A stretch of DNA of 58,416 bases, filler included, from Squatina squatina (lineage: Eukaryota): NCBI GenBank assembly GCA_031763465.1. It is 3 parts of 3 records of this genome, joined end to end, with 100 filler letters (N's around TTAATTAATTAA, not from the genome) between each part and the next. Parts side by side here need not be neighbours in the genome. Positions count along the whole stretch, not along the records: positions 1 to 25,486 come from JARFOE010000115.1; 2 more parts are not named here. One strand, given 5' to 3'. The notes beneath the pieces are model-generated. The model did not search any database and was not told the DNA's origin. It saw nothing but the letters and a program-made list of their open reading frames with translations. The position numbers and the translations under genes were made by a program. This document shows, piece by piece, positions 1 through 11,597 of the stretch. The stretch's first letter is position 1. Each line of letters starts with the position of its first letter.

Positions 1-412
1 TGAGGGAAACAGGAATGCAGAAGCTCAGAGGAGACCAAAATGGTCTACCACGCTGGAGCCAAAAACATCACACACTCGATTTCATGCCCCACTGTTAAAT
101 AGTTATCCGTTCCTGCCTTGAATTTGCTGAAACTCTGCTTCCACCGACATTCCAAACGGTTTGTTCCATTTATTGACCACATTCTGTGCCAAGCATCCAA
201 ACACTGTTCACTTTGAGTTTAAATTGATGCCTCTTGTATACAGTTTAGATGATTGCAGCCATAAAACCCAGATAGATAACTGAGAGGAGAGCGAGGCAGA
301 GGACTGTGGGGTGGGAATATTTCTGCATTTAGAAACACATTGGCTTTAATAAAACAGGTGTTTACATTCATGCACAAAATATGATACTGATCCTTGGCGT
401 TTTTTGTCGCAG

Positions 413-520
413 AACCAGCTTTCCGGTTACCTGTTGAGGAAGTTCAAGAACAGCAATGGGTGGCAAAAACTCTGGGTTGTCTTCACCAACTTCTGCCTCT
501 TCTTCTACAAGACCCACCAG
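413..520 (+). CDS. FARP2: Internal exon of FERM/RhoGEF/pleckstrin domain protein (second PH domain), FARP2-like
   Basis: 108-nt phase-0 exon between a polypyrimidine-cag acceptor (410-412) and a gt donor (521). It encodes NQLSGYLLRKFKNSNGWQKLWVVFTNFCLFFYKTHQ, the FARP C-terminal PH motif. GYLL and KTHQ fit FARP2 better than FARP1 (GNLL/KSHQ) as recalled. Confidence 0.88.
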
Positions 521-1983
521 GTACAATCCCTGACTGGTAGCAGTGGAATGTTAAACTACAGCCAAGGAGAGAGCATGTGCATCTGGGTGAAGGCATACTT
601 CATCCTGGATAATCTTGCAGCTTTGCGTGCGTTACTGTAATCGGGATAATTACGTATTANNNNNNNNNNNNNNNNNNNNNNNNNNNNNNNNNNNNNNNNN
701 NNNNNNNNNNNNNNNNNNNNNNNNNNNNNNNNNNNNNNNNNNNNNNNNNNNNNNNNNNNTAAGGAATCACAGATTTTTACTGATGGAAGATCAAGCTGTG
801 TAACATCATCATGCTTTTGCATGTGCGTGTGAGAACAAAAATGTATTGCATCAAATTTCTCACTACAGTACATGTATGTGCACGTAAAATAGACAAGAAT
901 GAGACTTTTAAGGAGGACCATGTTTTTAACCTTAACTGATTCCAAGTGGAATAGCACAATCAAATAGCTGCTGGAAAAAAAGCACACTACATTATCTTAA
1001 AAAGTAAAATTAAGACATGACGTTAAAATCATTGTTTCTGTATGATAGTAAGACCCTCAGGAGCTTTTCTTAGTATATCTTGAGTGATTTGAAATCCGCC
1101 TATTTGGGTCAACAGAAAGAATAGATGTTGTCTTTTTTTTATTTCTGGAAATGTCATGCAGAGCCATGTAAGAACCTGTTTTTCTATTAAGCAGCAGATT
1201 ACATGCTATGTCTGCAGAACGAAGACTTTAGCAGGGATGTCTGTATGGAAGCATCTGTACTATTTCCTAGTCAAAGTGAACTGAATTATATTCAGTCAGA
1301 GCAGTTCTCGTCCTGTTTTGATGTTCTATGAAATATAAATGCTCCCTAAATCAGTATTAAAATTGACAACTTTTGTTACATGAAAGTATGCTTTTTTTTA
1401 AACAAACTTAAGCTGTTACTGAATAAATACATATCACAATAATTTAAAAACACTAAAAAGTTGTAATTTGTATAGAAAATCCTTTAGTGTTTCACAACTT
1501 CCTGTACTGTAATGTAAGCATCTACATTCTACCCCCAATAATTCAGTTACTGTTTGGATTTAAAAACATTGAATTATTCACTCATTTGAATTAAGTTAGT
1601 TCAATAATACAGGAAATGAGTGAACATTCAATCATCAGATAATTCGAATTGGGCAATTTTGAATGAAGATGTGTAAACGGCAGTGGAGGCATGAACAGAG
1701 CCAGGGAGCCACAAACCAGAAGGTGGCCAATGGTTGTGTGGTGTCAGCCAATCCTAGTGAGTACAGCCAGCAGGGATGGGGGACAGTGGGGGTTGTGAAG
1801 GAGGTAGAAATAGATACAGGGCACCGAGTTTCCCTTTTCTTACTATTACACAGCAGCTACACAGGATGCAGGTGAAGGAATAAGACAGCAAGTGGGAGCG
1901 GATCGTATAATTCATCAGGATTCGTTTAGTTAGCAGTGGTTTTGTAGTAGGCAATATTCAATGCAAATCAATGCTCAAGGCAG

Positions 1984-2577
1984 TCATAAACTTGGGAGAG
2001 ATTTATATGTGATTGGACAGTATTGGCTAAAGAAATATTCCATTAGTGATCGACTTTTTTTGATTTGAATTGGTGTGCGACCACTTAAAAAATTCCAGAT
2101 ATGTACCCCATCAGTCTTTGAGAATTCATTTTCAATAGCATTATTGTTCTCTTTCCATGTATTTTCTTCAAAGTACTTTTTCCAATTACTGTATGGACCG
2201 GGGTAGAATGAGCTTTCAGACAAATAAAAAACCCCCTTACAATCTTTGTCAAGGAAATCGTCGAGATTATTTGTTCCACACCATTTCCTCAACATTCGGC
2301 TCATCAGGTCAGGACCCTGATGGCCCCAGTGCTCTCCCTGGTAATTTTCAACGTAATCCACAATGCAGCTCTCTGTAAAGGAATGGTTGCGGCTAAATCC
2401 CAAAGCTGCACCATTAGCATAATCTGAGGATTGTGCACAGATGAAATTTTTGAAATCCAAGGGCTTCAGCGATATGATGTCAGTGTCCAGATAGATGCCT
2501 CCATACTTCCACAGCAACGCTAACCGACAGGCATCCGACAGCACATGGATCCAATATCTTTCCTTGCTCGGATCTAC
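1984..2577 (-). CDS. A4GNT: Terminal coding exon of alpha-1,4-N-acetylglucosaminyltransferase-like (GT32 / Gb3_synth family) glycosyltransferase
   Basis: Minus-strand cag acceptor at 2580-2578, then 197 open codons to TGA. Motifs are SDACRLALLWKYGGIYLDTD (DXD), WGHQGPDLMSR, FYP, GVHIWN and QYCPITY. A coding intron at this position is A4GNT-like, since the A4GALT coding region is a single exon. Confidence 0.85.
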   Translation of the reverse strand, partial: VDPSKERYWIHVLSDACRLALLWKYGGIYLDTDIISLKPLDFKNFICAQSSDYANGAALGFSRNHSFTESCIVDYVENYQGEHWGHQGPDLMSRMLRKWCGTNNLDDFLDKDCKGVFYLSESSFYPGPYSNWKKYFEENTWKENNNAIENEFSKTDGVHIWNFLSGRTPIQIKKSRSLMEYFFSQYCPITYKSLPSL

Positions 2578-2704
2578 CTGTATTATAACAGAGTAAAGGC
2601 TCATCGTTTGTAATTTGTGAAATTAAGACAACCCCTCCCACCAAACGTCGAGCCCTCCCTCCAGGCAATGCTCACTGGCTGAGGACCAATTACCGAGAGC
2701 ACTT

Positions 2705-2838
2705 ATACAAAAGGGAAATGCTGCGGAGGCTGGAATCTAAAATTTAACAGAATGCTGGAAAAAACTCAGCAGGTCAGGCAGCATCTGTCGAGAGAGAAAC
2801 AAAGTCAACATTTCAGGTCGAAGACCCTTCATTAAAAT
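2705..2838 (-). mobile_element. Short Penelope-like (PLE) terminal-repeat fragment with degenerate hammerhead and 15-bp TSD
   Basis: Homologous to 11600-11700 in the opposite orientation (cagatgctgcctgacctgctgag). Flanked by the perfect direct repeat TTACCGAGAGCACTT at 2690-2704 and 2839-2853. Confidence 0.7.
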
Positions 2839-3762
2839 TTACCGAGAGCACTTGGCAACTGGCTGTGAGCTGGTGCATGTGGATGGCACAAGCTGATTGG
2901 TTCAGCTTCCATGTTGCTCGTCCTATCCACAACACAGCATGTATCAAGTCAAGCTTTAGTTAAACAAACACAACCAACTTCAGCCTTCAGAGAGCAAAGT
3001 TGAACCAAATGAGACATCCCCGCTGTGCTCCATGGCTCATGCTGAAATATTACTTCGAGGAGTATACGTGTTTTGTTTTGACACTAAAAGAGAGCAATGT
3101 TAGAGACAAGATTGAGTTTCTGCGTGATCGCATACCCCGTGCCCAATAGCTCGTCCTGCTCTCAAAAATTGGATCCTGCACCAAGGTATTTAAAAGACAC
3201 AGCTTACAGCAGACACATTCAGATAATCAAGTGATTAATTTTGCCCAGTGGAGTTTATACTGTGTTGAGTTCCCAGAGGACAACCATCAAACAGAATGAA
3301 CTTGGCACTGAAACACTATATAAAGACAGTTATTGTGAAGGGAAATTTGTAGAGCTACATTTTATTGCCCTGACAGATTATCTGAGACATTGAATGCTGA
3401 ACGGAAACCCAAAATAAGTAAGTGCACTTAGACACAAGACACACCAAGTTTGGGCTTTTCCAATTTATATTATTTTAGGCTTAGAAATGTTGCTTGTTTG
3501 GTAGAAAGGCTTTCCTTGCACACAAGCATTCAGCAAGAAACTTCCTGGCTGGAAGTGGAGAAACAAGAACTAATATTTTAACAAGGTTAAACAGAACATA
3601 AGCCAGCTAGAGGAGGTACTGGCAAAACACTGGTCTAATTCTTCTCAAAATGGTCTCCAACCNNNNNNNNNNNNNNNNNNNNNNNNNNNNNNNNNNNNNN
3701 NNNNNNNNNNNNNNNNNNNNNNNNNNNNNNNNNNNNNNNNNNNNNNNNNNNNNNNNNNNNNN

Positions 3763-4130
3763 AGGGTATAACATTTGCAATTCTCCAGTTCTCTGGTACC
3801 ACTCCTGTATCTAAGGAGGATTTTAAAATTATGGCCAGTACCTCTGATGTCCTCCTTAACCTCCCTCAGCATCCCAGGATGCATCCCATCCAGTCCTGGT
3901 GACTTATCTACTGTAAGTAGAGACAGCCTTTCCAGTACCCACTCTATCAATTTTTATCCAATCCAGTATCTCCACTACCTACCCTTTCACTATGACTTTG
4001 GCAGCATCTTCTTTCTTAGTAAAACCAGACGCAAAGTACTCGGTCGCTATGCGTTGGTCGCCTTTTGGTCCCCAATCAGTCCCACCCCTCCTCTTACTAC
4101 CCGTTTATTATTTATATGCCTACAGAAGAC
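3763..4130 (-). mobile_element. CR1-clade LINE ORF2 fragment
   Basis: Translation LERLSLLTVDKSPGLDGMHPGMLREV matches the CR1 KSPGPDGxHPRxLxE motif; degenerate. Confidence 0.8.
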
Positions 4131-4226
4131 TTCTGAATACCTCAATGAATTCACAATACCACTTCTACAGCTAAAGAAATTCAAACAGTTCACAACAACA
4201 AATCCGATCAAAATGACAGCAACTAT

Positions 4227-5115
4227 GGCTGGAATTTTCCGGGGAGCGAGCGAGCGAGATCGGAGGCGGATCAAGTGAGAAATTTGATTTTTTTTTTTTT
4301 GACAGCGAGACAGGACCCCGCCGCTCAACCAGCGGGAGCGCACCGTGACCAATGTCGGGTCGGTCAACACTGAGCAGACCCGACCGGCAGCGGCGGGCAA
4401 CCCCAAACAAACTCATAAGCATCGGGTTGACGGGTCATGAACAGCCTTTTTTTTTTTTAAAACTTACCTTTTCACAAACTTCATGGACATGGGAACATCG
4501 CTGTTCAGTGACCACGGCTGTCAACCCGAGGCGCGAGTTCAGTGGCCATTGCTACAGCTGATTACTTGACTGCTTCAAATGTACAGTTAAAAACTCCCAA
4601 CTGGCTCCGAGCATTTTCCTCAGCCACAAGCTGTTTCTCGGTCCATTTCCAACATAGATTCTGCAGGCTTTCCACTCTCACCTTGAAGAACTCCCTCAAC
4701 ATTGACAGAATGCTTCTGGTCATGTCTACTTCACCTGCCACCTATTCCATCAGCATGGGTGCCCTCACCTTGGCCCCAACACCAGCAGCACCAGGCACAC
4801 AAGTAGCACCAACACCGCCAACCTCTTGCACCAATCAGGTGCAATCACCTGATGCTGCACAAGACATCAGCACCCAAGCAGACTGCTGCCCGGGAGGCCA
4901 AGGATGGCCTCGCCATGGCCAGATTTACTTCACTCAACGCGGTACACCCTGGTTGTCACATGATGCGCCAGGTTAGCACTACCCCACATCAACACCATAA
5001 AGCAGCCCTACAATGCCCAAGCCATTCCTTTCACACTCCGTACCACTGCGTGGGTACTGTTAGGTCTCCGTACAACTCACTAAGCCACTTCCAAAAGGTG
5101 CACATAAATCTGCCC
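4227..5115. mobile_element. Internally deleted PIF/Harbinger-like DNA transposon
   Basis: TIR-like GGCTGGAATTT at the left end and AAATCTGCCC at the right end, CpG-rich subterminal region, and the + strand peptide AAREAKDGLAMARF resembling a Harbinger transposase C-terminus. Confidence 0.45.
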
Positions 5116-6322
5116 AAGAATGGAAAAGTGTTGAAAATAAAGATTCCAATGTTTGACACCACATTAACAGAAACTTTACACGAACACTGAATAAAAGACC
5201 CGAGTGGCTACCCTTGTGTGTTGTTAGTTAGTATGATAACACTAGGATGANNNNNNNNNNNNNNNNNNNNNNNNNNNNNNNNNNNNNNNNNNNNNNNNNN
5301 NNNNNNNNNNNNNNNNNNNNNNNNNNNNNNNNNNNNNNNNNNNNNNNNNNGTGTATTATTATAAAAACAATAATATATTAAGAAAGAGAAAATAAAACTG
5401 CGATTGGAACCCACAGCGTGGGGCTTCAGTGTTACCGGCTCTCTATGCCTTCACATAATCTTCATAAATTAAACAGGAATTATCCCCTCACCGGGTCAGT
5501 AATTTTTTTCCAAAATAAGAAAAAAACAAAGACACACTCAATTTTCATTATAATAAACTGCATTTCTAGTCTTGCCCCCTCCCCCCATTCCTCCCATGAT
5601 TTATGAACTGAGCGATTCTCCATTAAATTATTAAAACATTTGGTGTTTTTCATGACAAAAATAACAGATGCGTCTTGATAAATGACGGCCAAATGATAAC
5701 AGTCACCAGTGAAGCCATTACCTCAGCCTTATCTGTTATTGTGACTAATGTACTGGTGAATGGATGGCCTGAACATTCTAAATGTGGAAGGAAATGCAGA
5801 AGATTTTTCTTAAGTGCATCTGTCAGACTGGTAAATGTGTGAAGCAGAACATTCCAGAAAACACAATTGATTTTTAGCCAGTAAATCATACCCATTAAAA
5901 AATGCAATAGCCTTTCATTTCTATTCTCTGTGTCACCTGCTTCCATTAATTCCTATGTGTCCTTGGCACATACTAAGGCTTGGCAGCATGTGCTGACACT
6001 TGTCAGCTCCGCTATNNNNNNNNNNNNNNNNNNNNNNNNNNNNNNNNNNNNNNNNNNNNNNNNNNNNNNNNNNNNNNNNNNNNNNNNNNNNNNNNNNNNN
6101 NNNNNNNNNNNNNNNGTGTTAAAGTACTGTGTTTGGCTAGGCCTTTTCTCCGCTTTCTCCCCTCTTCTGTATGTTTCATATTCTCTCTGTATCTATGTTT
6201 ATCACTCTGCATCTGATCTCACTTTCTCTCTGTATGTCTGTCTCTCAATTATTCTGTAATCTCACATACTCCCGTTCTCTCTTACTTGTCATGGAGACCT
6301 GGAGGCGGACTTGGCCCTCCTC

Positions 6323-6910
6323 GGGGCCGAAATTGCCTGGCGCCGCGTTTAAAACTCGTACGGGACGGGAGCCAGCATTTTGCTCGCCGACGTCCGGCCT
6401 TCCCGGTATTCAATGCTCTGGGGCACCTGCGGGACGCAGCATGCTCCCGGACGCTCCTGGGGCAGCCTGGGGCGGACGCCAGTGGCATGGCTTCAGCGCC
6501 ACGCCACCGGCCTTCAAAACGGAGCATCAGCGCGTTGCGCGGTGACATCAGCAAGACTGCCAGGCCTCCCTTAAAGGAGAGGGCCGCCGGCCATCCTGAA
6601 CGCGCTACCCTGGGCTAACAGAGCCACCGGCAACTGATCCGGCCGAGGGGCTCCCATTTGTCGGCTGACTAGGAAGATTGCAGTTTTTCCTGTCGCTGCA
6701 ATCGCCCTGCACTGCGGCTGCATCCCGCGGGCGAATTTCACCCACGGAACGCAAACAGAGCAGCAAGGGCATTGCAGCTGCGCAGTGCAGGTCGGCGTGC
6801 ATCTTGAAATTCAGCTGGGCAGGCGCAAAGGCATTTGCGTCGCAACTGAATTTCGGGGGAGGTGAGATAGTGGCTCTAATGCGACGTTAAACGAGGCCAA
6901 TTTCAGCCCC
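6323..6910. mobile_element. Non-autonomous Harbinger-type MITE
   Basis: TIRs GGGGCCGAAATTGCC (left) and the reverse complement of the right end GGGGCTGAAATTGGC; CpG-rich interior; flanks CTC/CTT. Confidence 0.75.
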
Positions 6911-9691
6911 CTTGTTTCTAACACCCACAGAAACAAATTGTTTCTCTCGCTGAGAATAAGAACCTGAAGCACATCTCAATATGATGCTTTTATAGCAAGT
7001 AGTGATTGATGGGGCCATGTTTTGGGAAGGGATAGAGATCAGGGGATCAGTCTGGAGGGAGTGAAGCTTGGGGCCTGGGACTGGGGTTAAGACAGAGTGG
7101 ATGGCTACGATTTGGAACCAGAGTTTGGAGACTGGGGCTACCAGAGAGGTAGATTATACCAGGGTAACAGCGTAAGTGATAATGAATTAACAGCCTGATT
7201 TCACTGTTGATCCAGCGGGCAGTGTATGAAGAGGAAGCATTTTACTCCAATCTATCTAGTGAAAGCAAGCAATGTGTCAAGTTAGAGATGCCTGGAGCAA
7301 TGCAGCCTGGAACAAGAGATGCACAGCAGATGTTGAATGAAAATACAGGTCAATTCTTCATGTTATGGGCCTGTGTTACTCAGGATAGACCCTGGTGCAT
7401 AAGCTTTGATCTCATCATTGAATAAATTATTGACTGGTGGTGATCTCTCTACCATATAAAACTGCAACATTCAGAGTGCCGCACAGTCCCTGTGTTCTTA
7501 TCTACTTGCCCTCCAGCTCATGACTCTTCAGCCATTGCCACTTACAAGTGAAGCTTTATTGCAATTATCCCATGTCCCAAGTGAAGCAGATTGCTGTAAT
7601 GAAAATGACTTCTCCAGAACCTTCTGTCACTGTGATTAGTTCCTTCTCCTCTGAGAGCGGAGTCACAACACAATCTGGCTAATGATCTCCATTTTTTAAA
7701 ATTTCCTTCAAAGCCTTCTGATCCCATCCACAGATCATCTTGCAGTGCAGTGCCATGGGAACGCTACACTGCGCTAATTGTTAGTAGCTCACCAGTCTGC
7801 TGATTTAAACATTCTTTCTGTTGTTGGCCCTGTTGCAGCTTGCACCATAGAGCTTCCCCTGTTGTCTTCCTGTAAACGTGCTAGATACATCCCTGTTTTA
7901 AGTGGCACCTAATACATATCGGACGCTCAGAGCTCCTCTCTCTCTTTGTATAACAAGGGTCCTTCTCTGTTCTGCAACTAACATCACCGGGCTACACAGC
8001 TGTCCAGTAGAGAGACTAGCATTTATACAGCGACTAATCGTGTCTCTCAAAGCTTCACATGCAATGAATTGTTCAGCAGAGCTCTTATGCAGACAGCAGT
8101 CAATTTGCACACTGCTGTGTCCCACAAACATCAATGAGATAAATAGCCAGTTAACCTATGCTTTAGCAATGTCAGTTACAGGAAAAAATGTTGGCCAGAA
8201 TGATCAGAGAGCTCTCTTATCCTCTTCAAATACNNNNNNNNNNNNNNNNNNNNNNNNNNNNNNNNNNNNNNNNNNNNNNNNNNNNNNNNNNNNNNNNNNN
8301 NNNNNNNNNNNNNNNNNNNNNNNNNNNNNNNNNAGTGGGAGTTGAACCCACAACCTTCTGACTCAGGTGATCAAGAATGCCAAGCAAAGTTGGGGTGGCA
8401 GTTGGCTGCACAGACAAATCAGACAATTTTTAAGGAGCTTCAAGCGTAGCCAGAATTAAAATGCAATTCCGTTTGTAGCAGTGCTACAGTCAAGGCCTTC
8501 AGAAGAAAGGATGCAATTATAATCACACTCCTAATGGACTGCTTTTCCACAGTCAAATCCTCCTTCCCTCCACATAATTGTAAGTGAAAATTATTCTTGA
8601 GATGAATAAATTTATCAGCATTCATGTTCCTTAATGATTCATTTCTTGGTAATTAACAATAATTTATCACATCTGAATGCAAGAGGGTATGATGTTTACT
8701 ACGGCTTAGCTGTGTATGAGATTTCTGAGCAAAATTGCCTGTTATCTAATTGCTGTCGATTAAACAAATCAGTTTCTGGCTGTAAATACAACGCTATTTT
8801 ATTGTGCCAACAATGTGACAGATGTTTGAAACTAACTGGATTTGACTGCTTGACGGAGGCCCATTAATAATCAACTTTCTGATTCTGCAGTTGCTGCCTG
8901 ATCTGTGCAAGCCATGATTTGACTGTCTCTTTTGTTTGTTTGATCCTTTCCTTGAGTGAGGAATTAGTACATCTCCACACTTGGGCTCCACAATTACAAA
9001 ACAGTCAGATCTGAGAACATGCTGTCCTTCATTTCGATCTTTTCTATCCAATTGGAATTTTCTTTCAGAAAAATTTCATCCAGTGTCCCTTTTTGGTTCA
9101 CTGTTGACCATTCAGTAACTTATTTTTTAGAAATCAAATGATGTGTGTTCAATTTCTCAAAATAAGCTGTTCCAATGACATGTCTCTTGCACTACAGAAG
9201 AAGCTGAATGCTGAATCCAGAATTTCAGCTGTTCAAGACAAGCTTAGCTGGTCAAACAAAGAAATTATTTGGAGCTTTACTAACAGTGCAGCACCAAATG
9301 CCATGAGACTGAATCTCCTTGTGTCTATACAGCATTGTTGCATGCACTGTGGCTGTTTATTCCTTTCCCACTAGCTCCGAGGGAACATTTTTTTCTGTTA
9401 ACATTGTTAACCCTGGAAGAAAACCTTTTAACCTCGGTCAATTTGCCCGAGGATCCAAAGTGGTTCGCTTGGCAGTCACTCCACATTTTATGTACCAAAG
9501 CCTGCCTCACGAGTTTGGTTTATTATCCAACAAGTGTGCTGTCAGGTTAGCACTGCAGAATAGATTGTACCTGGTGAGGTACAAATAGAGCCCTTAATAC
9601 AAAGTAGGATTCTTAAACTGCATCCAGGAAACCTGCATCAGGAAGAATTTATATCAGGAACATTTATCTCCTTTGTTATTGTGAACAAATA

Positions 9692-9751
9692 GGCCCTGAA
9701 ATTGCGATTGGAGGCTTCCTGCGTGTGGGCGCCTCCGATTGCAATTTCCCT
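9692..9751. mobile_element. Left end of Harbinger-type MITE (same family as 50916-51627) with terminal hairpin
   Basis: ggccctgaaattgcgattggaggcttcctgcgtgtgg aligns to 50916 ggcccatgaattccagtcggaggcttcctgcatgtgg; truncated by an N gap. Confidence 0.6.
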
Positions 9752-10924
9752 NNNNNNNNNNNNNNNNNNNNNNNNNNNNNNNNNNNNNNNNNNNNNNNNN
9801 NNNNNNNNNNNNNNNNNNNNNNNNNNNNNNNNNNNNNNNNNNNNNNNNNNNCAAATTTCTCATAAAATGGCAGCTCTAAACTCGCTTTCTGTTCTGAAGA
9901 AAGGGGAATATTTCTCATTCACTGTTTCCTCGTCTCGATTCAATCAGTAACAGTGTTGTCTGATGTCAAATCTGTAATCACATCACAGTACAGGCTGCAT
10001 AAATAGCAGGAGCAATAAAAATAACAACGTTTCAATATTCTGGCAAGAAAAGATTAATTAACTTTTGACACTCATAAAATACCCATTACCAAATCTCAAA
10101 GTGCCGTTAAATCTGCCAGCCTGTCCATTAAACATCAGCTCAGTCATCAATGAGCTGATTAATATTAATGCTTTATGCAAATCAGGGAACAAAATCCCTC
10201 ATATTTTACATGCAGACTATCAGCGTCTAATCATGGTCTGGTTATTTATGCACCCCCCTCACGCAGTTTGCTGCTATTTATTTTAGATGGGGTTTTAAAG
10301 ATGAGCGCTCCTCTGTCTATGTACTCCTGAGGCACAGCTTCATTACCTTGATGGATACGTGCAATTTTTACAACACTGCCGGTAACAAAACAGCAAAGCG
10401 TTTCAGAAAATTCGTGATCAAGGGGACGCAAAAAAACCCCCCACCATATTGAAATGACCAATACCACAGGGCATCCTGGGCTATCTCAGTCAGCACAGTC
10501 GACTGCGAGGCTGATCAAAATAATAAGCTCATTACTTGGGGTTGGGTTTGGGTAGTGAGGTTAATACTCTGTCACATTACAAAATAATCTCATTGCTAGA
10601 AATCCATGCCGCTTCCTCTTTCTGTTGTGCTTGCCTTATAATGTTTAATTGAGAAGCGTCGCACTTTATCAGTTAATGTAAAGGGGTAATATGGTAATCC
10701 TTTATAGGGACTGTCTTCCCAGGGCATCCAGTGGTGCCTGGTGTGTCATGCTTTTGATGCAATGAAACTATTCCATTTTAATAATGCTTACAATATCATT
10801 AACGTCTCTGTGAGCTCAGCAGTTGGTCAGGTCAGATGGTACTGGGGCCATTTCAGGGACTGGAGGGGAATAAATCAGGTACAAAAACAATTGGCCGTCA
10901 GCTCATCCAATATCTCAGTGCTTC

Positions 10925-11352
10925 AAAAAGACAGACTTGCATTTATATAGCACCTTTCACGACCTCAGGACGTCCCGACATGCTCTGGAGCCAATTAAGT
11001 ACTTTTGGAGTGCAGTCACTGTTGTGAGGTAGGGAGCGCAGCAGCCAGTTTTGAGCACAGCAAGCTCCCAATGTGATAATGAGCAGATAATCTGTTTCTC
11101 GGTGATGACTGAGGGATAAATATTGGTCAGGACACTGGAGAGAACTCCCTGCTCTTCATTGGAATAGTGCCATTGGATTAATTACACACACGTGAGAAAA
11201 CAGACAGGGCCTCGCTTTAACGTCTCATCTGAAAGGCAGCACACCCTCAGTATTGTACTGGAGTGTCAGCCTAGATTACCTGCTCAAGCCTCTGAAATGG
11301 GACTTGAACCCACGCCCTTCTGAGTTTCCTGCAAAGAGTGCTACCACTGCCC
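10925..11352 (-). mobile_element. tRNA-derived Deu-domain SINE (SacSINE1-like) with L2-type 3' tail
   Basis: Near full length and colinear with the copies at 41855, 55074, 57981 and 50634. It has a B-box-like GGTTCAAGTCCC on the minus strand and the tail gctatataaatgcaagtc. Confidence 0.8.
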
Positions 11353-11597
11353 CATAAGGGCACTGCTAAGTGTGGGGCTGAGCTGCACAAGGTGCCTGGT
11401 TCAATCCCTGGTCAATAATGAATTAGTTAAACTCAGAGCTGGTGGAGATAGAGCAGGATAAAATCGTGCCCAATGTTTTCACTGATATCTATCCAGTACA
11501 CATGTTTAAGGAGCAATCTTACATTTATATAGTGCCTTTCACCTACTTAGGATATCCCAAAGTATTTCACAGCCAATGAATTGTATTTTTTTTGAAG

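Noticed and set aside
4047-4406. Hydrophobic ORF (KIPAIVAVILIGFVVV) as the A4GNT signal-anchor exon
   Set aside because: The ORF is a chimera of a transposon terminus (from 4227) and CR1 sequence (below 4130); it has no start codon in context and no downstream GT32 motifs.
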